Positions 26,004 through 35,700 of a stretch of DNA of 64,000 bases are shown here, piece after piece (positions within the stretch are counted from its first letter, which is position 1; each line of letters begins with the position of its first letter). Made by a program: the position numbers and the translations under genes. Origin of the DNA: Lama guanicoe (lineage: Eukaryota); NCBI GenBank assembly GCA_013239625.1, contig MU057344.1:2048276-2112275 (forward strand). The letters run 5' to 3'. The notes below the pieces were generated by a model. That model was not told the DNA's origin, did no database searches, and saw only the letters and a list, made by a program, of their open reading frames with translations.

Positions 26004-26410
26004 TGTTGTTTAAACTGTGCCCCTCCCAAAGCTGAGCTTAAGTCCTAACTCCCAGGACCAGTGAATGTGGCTTCATTTGGAAACACGGTCTTTGCAGATG
26101 TAACCAAGTTACGGTGAGGTCACACTGGAGTAGGGTGGGCCTACTCCACCATGACTGGTGTCCTTATCAGAGCAGAGACAGGGACACACGTGGACAGGGA
26201 GAAGTCCATGTGACAAGGGCCCAGCAGGGAGCAACGCACCTGCTGGCCGAGGATGGCCGGGTGGCAGCTGCTGGCCGGGCAAGGACGGGCCCTGGGGCCG
26301 TCAGAGGGAACAGCCCTGCACACCCACACCTTGCTTTTGGACTTCTAGCCTCTTGAATAAATTTCTATCGTTTTAAGTCATCCAGTTTGTGTTACTTTGT
26401 TACAGCAGAG
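26004..26410 (+). mobile_element. MaLR LTR (MLT1B/C-like)
   Basis: gtgaatgtggcttcatttggaaacacggtctttgcagatgtaa..gtgaggtcacactggagtagggtgggcc...gacttctagcctc..aataaatttct..gttttaag..tttgttacagcag. Confidence 0.85.
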
Positions 26411-26729
26411 ACAAGGTTTTTTGCTAAGATATGAAAACAAAGTTTTTCCTATCAGTTAAGAAATTAATACAACGAGTGTGTTAGTAAGCCACACAGAAGT
26501 AAGGGGAAGGGGGCGGGTGAATCAATAGCACCCTAACTGCTGCATGAACATGCACGGCTGGGGGCGCCGGCCCGCAGTCAGAGCGCCAAGTGCGCAGCCG
26601 CGCCCCGGGGCCGGGCTGGGAGCTGAGTCTTGGGAGATGTTTAAATGTTGGCTGAGTGATTTTTTTCTGTCATGACATGTGAGTGACCCGACTTGGTTCA
26701 TAGTTACACACCTTCGTTTTGAGGGCGGC

Positions 26730-27180
26730 TGTGGCGATACCTGGCTTTGCCTGCTGCTGCTTTGAAACGGCGCCCCAGTCGCAGTTTGCCTGGGTGACTC
26801 TGCCCTCCCCAGGCCTGGATGTGCGGAGCCGACGCCCCCTGCGCTCCTCAGCTCCACGCCTGCGGGGGCACCGGTCCTGGGCTTGGTCGGTCCACAAGTT
26901 CCACATCCCTCCTCAGTAACTGGTTCAGGGATGGGGACATGAGAACAAGACCCAACAAACAGGACCAATGTGACTCGATACCAGGACTTTGCTGGGGCCG
27001 CAGCCATAGGATAGTGTTGGCCGGAGGCTGCTGGAGGCCACCACTGGGAGATCCTAGCAGAGGGCAGGGCTGCTGGGGGGAAGCAGTGCTGAGAGGCAGA
27101 CACACTGTGGGAGCCTCAGGATTTAAAGACCAAACAACTCATGGACTCCCGTTTTCTAGTCACTAAGCCAATCCATCCCT
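26730..27180 (+). mobile_element. Old ERVL LTR relic (LTR16-like)
   Basis: tggttcaggggatggggacatg..gacccaa..ggaccaatgtgactc..ccaggactttgctgg motif. Confidence 0.45.
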
Positions 27181-28194
27181 CTTCAACAGGCCAACCTGCG
27201 TGAGGTGTCAGTACGCAACCAAGGGCCCTCGCTGACACGGGGGCAGGCTTCTCCACAGAGGTCTCTGGGGTGCGACACACTGTCGGCCGAGGCTTTTCGG
27301 CAGGAGGTAACACGCAGGCACGCCCCACACGCAACCTGCTTGCCTCGCACGCTGGTACACGGGCTAGGGCTTCCTTTGACTTACTGGGAACCTGAAGAGG
27401 GCCAGCTTGGTAAGTGTCGGCAGTGTTAAAAGCAGACAGAAACCATCGTCAAAGAGCCTAGTTACTTTCTGCACACAGCCCGTCACAGGATAGAAGAGGA
27501 GAGCTAAGCCAACCTGGAGATGCTGAAGTGCACAGAAGACGGTGGGCGCGAGCTCCCCCGCAGCCCGCTGCCCTCCGGCTCCGCGCCAGGAACAGAGCCG
27601 TCCCGCCCAGCCTGCAGTGCCTCCTGCGTGCTGGTGCCCTGGTGCCGGGCTCCGGCCTGGACTGACTCCTCCCTCGACCTCCACCTCCCTGCACCTACTT
27701 CTGCATCTTCCTCCCCACTCCCACCCACGGGGCGCCGCGTCTCATTGGTTCTGCCCTGGAATGGTGACGGCACACGCGCCTTCTTCTGGCTCTCACAGTC
27801 TTTTCTAGAAAACAACAGCCAGGTCTCCCTCCCTGGAGGACCGCTCCTGCCTGCTGAGCCTTCCTCCACAAGCCCCATCTGTTCTTCCAACTCTCACTTC
27901 TTGTCAGGGATTGTCAAGCCCAGCCAGACTCACTAAAGCTTAGTGCCGCATCCCTGTGCTGGAGTTCTCCACATCCTCTGGTCAGCTTCAAGAGCAGGGC
28001 CTGTCACTTCCTATCCCACCTCGAAAACGGTAGGTATCAATGAAATCTTTTCAACTGAATGTGACCACGTATCTGGACATTCTGGAGATATGAGATACTG
28101 TTCACCCTGCTTGGCATATGTCAGACTGACGCCCTTACTCGGTATGTCTGCTTGTAGATGGGCATGTGTTTATACCTTCATGACAACTCTGACA

Positions 28195-28320
28195 CCCTGA
28201 CTGTAGAGACCAGGAAACTGAGGCACAGAGAAGCCGATGCCCAGGGCCATCTGGCTATGAAGCCACACAGGCAGGGTTTGTCCTAAAGCTGGTCAGGTTC
28301 CAGAGTTTCAGGTCTTGACC
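28195..28320 (+). mobile_element. MIR fragment
   Basis: ggaaactgaggcacagagaag..tgcccagggcca core. Confidence 0.6.
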
Positions 28321-29189
28321 AACAGCCTCTGTTACGGTGCAAAGACTTAGAAACAGGACCCTTCAAATCTGAACAGAGGATGTGTCCACAACTACACTAT
28401 GTTGCCTCAATAAATTCAAAACACAGGGCTGGCATTTAGGAACCAGGCAGGAGACATGTCAGGGAACAGCAGAGGCAACCTTATCACCTGGGTTTGGGTA
28501 TCTGAAAAGGATTGTTTTTTAGCTGCATCCTTCCACCTTGTACCCTAGGGCCCCCCTTTGTGTCAACCTTCAAGTATTACAAAAGATACTTGAGGTGTCA
28601 CTAAAGGACACTCGTATTAGGCTCTATAAGAATCATCGCTAACATTTTGCGGAGAACCAAAACTCCGGTGAATGCGGGGCCCCAGCCGCCCTGGTGCACA
28701 GCGGTCCTCATCCCAGAACACGCGCCGGACCGCACCTCTCCCCGGGCAGCGGTCACGGCCCACGCGCCCTCGGTGCGCACGCTGGTACGGGGCGGGGTAA
28801 CTTCTGCTTGTCACTATGTATCAGGGGTATCGATAACGCGAAATTACATGGAAATAGTTTAGCAACTTCCAAACCATCTTGCTACAGGACTGGGAGACAA
28901 AACTTGCATCCACTTTTCTTCTCAAGAAAGCGTGAACGTTACACGGTTAAATGATTTTTGGTCAAGCAACCGCAAGGCTCGAAAGCGCCTCCGAGAAAAC
29001 CCGAAACACAAGAGGTAAATGAGCCCGCTCGTTCCCGTCCCGCCGGCACGGACGTGGGGTCGCCGTTCTGCGGGAGGGCGGCTCGGCCCGCACCGCCGCC
29101 GAGCGCGGGAGCCGAGCGCGGGCCGCCGGGGCTGGGACGCAGCGCGCGAGCGGCGCCCGCCGGGGCCGCTGCTCGGACGCACCCCGTAC

Positions 29190-29400
29190 CTGTCAGGACG
29201 CCCGCACGACCCCGGGGGTCTCCGCCCCTCTCCTCGGCGGAGCTCCGGCGGCGCCTCGTCCGCCGCCTCGGGCCGGCCCGCACCCCCGAGCCGCAGTGGC
29301 GGTGGCAGAGAAGGAATTGCCCAAGCGGCCCGCGCCCACCGCCCGGGCCGCGGCCACCGCTCCCATGACAACCGGGCCGGCCCAGTCTGGCCTCCGCGCG
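29190..29400 (-). other. CEP104: CEP104 non-coding first exon (5' end approximate)
   Basis: CAG|GTACGG donor at 29190/29189 inside the CpG island. Exon 2 has an acceptor 13 nt before the ATG, so an upstream exon is required. Confidence 0.75.
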
Positions 29401-29668
29401 TGCGCGACCCCGCCTCGCTGTGCCGCGCCTGCGCACAAGGCGGAATTGTTCTGCCGCTTCCCGCGCCTTCTGGGTAATGAAGTTTCCGCAGTGCGGCGCC
29501 TGCGCACAAGGCGGGGTCGCGCCGCCGCTTCCCTTGGACTTCTGGGTAATGTAGTTCCCGGCTGGGGGCGGCGCGCGTTCTTGATTCCCCTCGGTGTAGC
29601 ACATTACGCGCCGAACCCCGGCGCTGCCAGCGAGGCCGGTGCACCCCTCGGGGCTCGAGGGTCTGAGG

Positions 29669-29791
29669 ATGTCTGCGGTGACTCAGAAGCCCAAGACGTT
29701 CAAGCTGCGGGCTCTGCACAGCCAGAAGAAGTTTGGGGTGGCGGGCAAGAGCTGTGAGGAAGTGCTGCGGAAGGGGTGCCTCCGTTTACAG
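29669..29791 (+). CDS. DFFB: DFFB exon 1 coding part (123 nt)
   Basis: aggATGt; MSAVTQKPKTFKLRAL...KGCLRLQ; donor CAG|gtgccc. Confidence 0.92.
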
Positions 29792-32700
29792 GTGCCCCGC
29801 GGGGCCGGGGGCTGGGGAACTGGGGGCCTCCGCTTGCAGGTGCCCCGCGGGGCCGGGGGCTGGGGAACTGGGGGCCTCCACTTGCAGGCGCCCCGCGGGA
29901 CCGGGGGCTGGGGAACTGGGGGCCTCCGCTTGCAGGTGCCCCGCGGGGCCGGGGGCTGGGGAACTGGGGGCCTCCACTTGCAGGTGCCCCGCGGGGCCGG
30001 GGGCTGGGGAACTGGGGGCCTTCACTTGCAGGCGCCACGGGGCAGGGAGCCAGGGGTTCGGGGTCTGAGCGAGCCTGCCCAGAGCGCTGCTGGTGAGATG
30101 GAAAAATGCTGAGCTGTCGTCTTGCACCCTCGGGACTGGTGGAGCTCAGGCTGCACCGAGCCACACAGTGTGTCCCTGAGTCCTGACCTGGTCACTGGGA
30201 GGGGACACTGTCCATGTCCCATGGGTGCATGAACCTAACCATGGCTGACGGCCACGTGCCGGTCCCTGGGCCCCTCTGGCTTCTTCCATGGGTTGTGGTG
30301 GAGTCCACATGCGGCCCTGTGAATTGGGTGCTAAAACCTTCATTTCACAGATGAGGAAACTGAGGTGCCAAGCGACTAAGCAACCTGCCATAGCTGCAGA
30401 GGATCGGCGGGCATTTAAACCCAGGACTGGCTGAGCCCAAAGCCTCTTAGCAAAGCCTCTGTGAGGGCGGGGGCTACCGCAAGCTGGGGCAATTGGAGTC
30501 CTCTGGGGCTTCTGGCTGTGCTTGGTGTCTGCAGAGGTGCCGTGTCTTAGCAGATGGCCCTAGTGAAGCCTCTGCCCCAGTGCTCAGGTGCCCACCTGCG
30601 TGGGAGAAATTTGGGGAGAATAAGAGATGCTGCTTTTCTGTCTCAAAACCAGGCAGTGTGGGAGACGTCCGGGCCCCAGGGAATCCCTATTTCCGTGCTG
30701 TGGAGGGGTTCCCAGAGTCCCCCTCTGGCCCCTCAGCCCCAGTCAGAGCTGGGGGACTTTGTGGAGGGACCTGGGACAACATTTCCGTCTTTCTGACCGT
30801 GTAGGTCAGTACAGCTCTGGCCTGAGATTCAGAGACCAGTTCCCGTGGCCGCCGGCTAACCTGCTGCGTGCTCCGGGGCACAGCCACGCGGCCTCTCCCC
30901 TCCTCAGTCTCCCTTGGTGTAAGATGAAGGGGTTGCACTCAGAGGCCTCTAAAGGCCCTTGCACACCCCGGTTGTAGGGATTTCAGCCCTCATTCTTACC
31001 CTTACTGTGTTACTTCCCTTGGCTGGGCTTAGACCAGCTGGGGTTGCAAATGTGTATGTGTGTGAGGTGGGGTGAGGGGAGGAATAAAAATTTACTGTAA
31101 AAATTCTTAAAATTGATCAGAGTCAAGCAACAGAGAACTCAGCAAGTTAACAGTCCCAGATGCTGGTCACAGTCCTGTAGACAGAGGCGGTGAGTCATCT
31201 TCAGTAAGATGTCCCCTTAATTAATCAGCGCCCAAGGAGACACGTGAGCGGGAGGTGCTGCATCCTGGCACCTGTTGGGCAGTGCGGGTGTGTTTACAGG
31301 CCTAGTGGAAGCAGTTAGCCGTCATTTCGGGAAACAGGCTTGGATTTTGAAGTGCCTGGGAGGGGCTCGTTCTGAAGGAGTCCGAGTCATGACTCCCACA
31401 AAGCAGTCACCGCCGTGTGTGTATTTTTGTGACTTTCCACGTCTTAGAACAACCTGCAGTAGGAGCTCTTGTTTTGATGTGCTCTATGCCCAGAGACAGC
31501 ATCTCAAGTGTGAGTCTTCAGAACGTAGGTCCTCCCTGTACACCGCGAGGGCTGCAGGTGGAAAGCCCGTATGTTGCCTGCCCACGGTGGGCCCACGAGA
31601 CCCAGTCCGGCAGCGCCCGCCCTGCTGTCCCCTCCCCTCCCCGCAGCTGCCCGTTCCCGGCTCCCGCCTGTGTCTGTATGAGGACGGCTCGGAGCTGACC
31701 GCAGATCGCTTCTGCAGCGTCCCGGACGGCGCGGAGCTCGTGCTCCTCACTGCGGGCCAGACCTGGCAGGGCTGTAAGTGGCGGGGACCCTGGAGGTGGG
31801 CGGGGAACTGGTGGGGCTTTGGAGGTGCTGAGGGTCTTCCCCGGGGGTGGGGCACCAGCTCGGGGAGGGAGGGGTCCCCGTGCTCTGAAGTCAGAAGAGG
31901 GAAAGCCAGGAGCCTGGATGTCCAATTGGTTGTTTGCTGTGTCTTTTTTCCTTTTTAAAAACGTCCTTTTGTTTTATTTCTGTTCACTTGAGGTGTCCTA
32001 GTAACTCCCAAGGGCAGAAGGGAGGCCTCTGGCACTGGGTGAGGCGGACTGGAGAGAGTGGCTGCTCTGCTGCGGGGCTTTCTCGGGGGAGGGCTGGCGG
32101 CTCCTGTCACGCTCGGTGTCTGGTCTGCGTCGGTGTTTGCGGACACGCTGCCTTCGCGTGCACGTGGAGGCTGCCGCGTTCGAGCCGTGCTGTCAGAGGT
32201 GGGGGGGCCGTGTTGGGTGACAAGTGCTTCTCCGGAGACCTAGGCCAGTGGCAAGGTGTGTGCACTTCCCCCAGGAGGGCTGTCTGGCTCTCTGGCTTCT
32301 GTTTCAGGAGATGCTTCTGGTGCCCCGGGAAGGACGCAGAGCTCCGAGGACCGGGACGGTCCTGCCTTCTCTGCCTAAAGGACAGAGAAGGTCTAAGAGT
32401 AGCGGAGGTGTGGCCTCGCCCCTCTGCTGGAACTCTGCAGTCTGCAGGGAAGGCGACACGTCTGGTGTGTGCTCCAAGTTGCAAGCACCCTTCCTCTGTT
32501 GGACCTTGTCCTTCTAGAAAATTCCATCTCAGTAAAGTTGTTTAAAAAAAAAAGAAAAGGAGCTGCACTTTGCTTTCCAGAAAGGCAGCCCCGTCTTGTT
32601 TGCACAGCAGGGGCGGGGCGGCCTCCCCAGTTCTGGGTGCCTGGCTGGCTTTGTTTTAGCCCATCTGGGGGCGAGCGGGCGCCTTGACTTGTGTTTCCCT

Positions 32701-35700
32701 CCTGGCTAATTGTGCTGACCACCCTCTCGTGGGCTGGTTTACCCTCTGAATATCCTCTTTGGTCACGTGCCTTTCGTCGGTTTTCTAAGTGGACTTTTTG
32801 TCGGTCAGTTTTGAGAGGTCCCCCTAATCTCCTCTGGATCCCAGTCTGCCGTGGGGTCGGTGGTCTGCAGACGTTTCCTCTTTCTCTGCAGTTTGTCTCT
32901 TCATTTTCTTAAATGAAAAGACTTCCGCGGAGTAAAGGCTTTTCATTTCGTCCCTTTTTCGGTTTTCTTGCATGCCCATGCTTTTGGTGTTCAGTCTGAG
33001 AACGTTTCCCGAAGCCCTAGGTCTCAGAGATCTTCTCTGTCTTTCTGCTCCGATTGCTACGATCACGTGACTTTTCTTTGTCAGCCTGTGGAGAGTGGAT
33101 GGCACCGGTTGGCTTTGGAGCACCGAGCGTCCCCGTGTCCCCGGTGCGCCTGCTCCTCCTGACCCCGGTGCTCGCTCGGGGGCTCACCGCTCTCGGCACG
33201 TGCGGAAAGGCTCCAGGGACAGGAGGACAGGGCAGGGCGATCAGACATGAGGTCTCCAGGGGGACCCAGAGACGGCAGACTTCACTTGGAGGAGAGCGGC
33301 AACTCGCAACTTGCTTGTGTGGTTTCACTTTCCAGCTCGTGCCCTGTTCCCTCCTCATTTGTCCTCTCACCACCCCCGGCCTGGGCAGCCAGGCCCGAGG
33401 CCCGGAGCACCAGGCTGAGGGAGGTCAGGACAGGGCTGGGCAGGAGGGGGGATCATGCGGGCATCCTTGCGTCTCCCCGAGGTGGTGCTCCGAGGACTGG
33501 TGGCCTCTCCATTTGTTCCCCCTCGATGGCAGATGTGAGTGACATCAGCCGCTTCCTCAGCGTGTTCCAGAAGCCGCACGCAGGGCTCATCCAGGCCGCC
33601 CGGCAGCTGCTCTCTGACGAGCGGGCCCCGCTGCGGCAGAAGCTCCTGGCCGACCTCCTGCACACCGTCAGCGAGAACATCGCGGCTGAGACCAGGGCCG
33701 AGGATCCGCCGTGGTTCGAAGGTGCGTGGAGGACTCGGGCCTGGAGGGAGCTGAAGGGGGTGGGGCGGGGGCTTCCTCAGAGCCGACCTGCGGGGAGACG
33801 GGTTCTATTTCAGCTCCGAACGCCAGGGGCTCCCTAAGTGCGGGGCCAGAGTCCAGGCAGCCCTGGGACTGGCCTTTTCATTTTTATTTATTTTTCAGTT
33901 ACGGTAATGCCGGCATAACATCTTTATCGTTTCTAAGCGTGTAGGTCACTGGCATTAAATATATTTACATCGTTGTGCGACCATCCCCACCATCCGTTCT
34001 CAGAACTTTCTCACCTTCCTAACCTGAAACTCTGTCCCTGTTAAACACTCCCCGCCTCCCCCCCGGCCCTCCCTGTCTCAGTGAATGATCCCGTGAGAGC
34101 GGGATCACGCGGTGCTTACCTCTGCGCCCGGCCTCCTGCATTCAGCACCGTGTCCTCGTGGTTCCTCCATGTGGTAGCGGGGTGTCAGGATCCCCTTCCT
34201 TTCTCAGGCTGAGTGATATTCCATTGCGTGGATGGACCACATCTTTATCCATTCACCTGGGCTGCTCCCACCTTTGGCTTGGCCTGTTGAGCCAGGTGGA
34301 GGCAGCCCTGAGAGACTGCAGCCCTCTTGGAGAGAGGACCTGGAGGTGCCACCGTGCTCCGTGCAGGGGGACCACAGATCCTTCCCAGACCAGCAAAATC
34401 CAGAGACAGCAGGCCCGTCATGGTCAGGACGGCTCTAGATGGAGCAGAGCCGGCGGCCCTCACGCTCCGCCCCTCCTGGGAGAGCGCGCTGCCCGGTCTC
34501 CAGGCGTCTCGTCTCTCTCCTCCGGCAGGTTTGGAGGCCCGGTTTCGGAACAAGTCTGGCTACCTGAGGTACAGCTGCGAGAGCCGGATCCGGAGCTACC
34601 TGAGAGAGGTGGGTCCCCGCTGATGCCGGGTGTGCCGCCGGGCAGGTTTAGAAGCGGGCTCTGCTGTCGGGACTCTGTTCCCAGGGTGGGCATGGACGTC
34701 GGAGGAGCACCGGGCGGTGCGGGTGTGGGTGCTGGCGGACTCGAGCCAGCAGGACCATGTGCCCAGCAAGCTCCCCACCTTGTGCTCCGCACAGCAGGTA
34801 CTTGGCTCCCACCCCTCAGAGTTCCACCCCTGGGGTCACAGATTCTGTCTCCCTCCGCTTAGCCTGAGCTCTCCCTGTGGGCTGGGACCAGAACCCGCCT
34901 GTGAGCTCTTCATCTGTCCAGCAGTTCAGTTTTGATGTGAACTCATCCCAAGTAACCATCTTGTCCACCGTTAGCTCTGACAGACGCCACACGGAAGTAG
35001 GGGGCAGTCGCTCTCTGTTCCCGGCTCCCCTCTTCCCCGTGGCCACCCTCAGGCTCCTCCTGTCGCTGAGAATGCGCCTCCTGCACTGGTGACCCAGTGT
35101 CTCCAGCACGTCATTCACAACCCCTGCTGGGTGCCCGCCCTCTGTCCTGTACTGGTCCATGTGCTGTCCAGCTGTCACTCCCGCTAGGCCAGGCGGTCTT
35201 CGCGCTTCTGCCCCAGTGCTCAGCACGAGCTCAGGTGCACCCCGAGGTGCGCAGCTGCGCCTCATGGGCAGGTAGGAGGTGACGCGGTGGTCATTCCCCA
35301 CCTGCCCGCTTCCTCTCAGGTTTCTGGCCCCAAAGCAGCCAGGATGCCTAGAGCTTGAGTTTATCTGTGTACTTGTGACCAGAGCGCCATCTCTAGGGCC
35401 CAGAGAAACTCCCCAGGGTCAGACAGCCATGGTCGGTGTGAAATCAGACCCCCGCCCCCTGACCTCAGGGCTGTGCTGGGACCCAGGGGGCAGGGGCTCT
35501 GAGGACTGTAGCGCTGAATGGACTGGGAGCTCTGCCCAGGGCTCGTGGCCAACGTTCAGCGATGTCCCTTGCTTCTTCCAGGTGACCTCTTGCGCCACCT
35601 TGGTTGGTGGGGAGGCTCAGGAAGAGTATCAGCGGATCGTGGGCGCCATGTGCCGGAAGCTGCAGGAGGCGCGGTACCATGGCAGCTACTTCGACAGAGG

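Larger units (their letters stand above)
28950..29800. promoter_or_regulatory. CpG island / bidirectional promoter shared by CEP104 and DFFB
   Basis: Very high GC and CpG density between divergent first exons. NRF1-like GCGCCTGCGCA at 29425-29435 and 29496-29506. ZNF143/SBS-like motifs at about 29468-29487 and 29540-29559 (the second reads ACTACATTACCCAGAA on the minus strand). Confidence 0.88.

Noticed and set aside
28922-29757. Multiple overlapping 130-265-aa ORFs across the promoter; likewise 52550-53332
   Set aside because: Stop-codon depletion in CpG islands. Only the ATG-initiated uORF at 29366 was kept as a finding.
29792-30031. Regular repeat array as a CRISPR-like locus or stand-alone repeat protein
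   Set aside because: No unique spacers, eukaryotic intronic context, and the open frames simply reflect a stop-free 48-bp unit.
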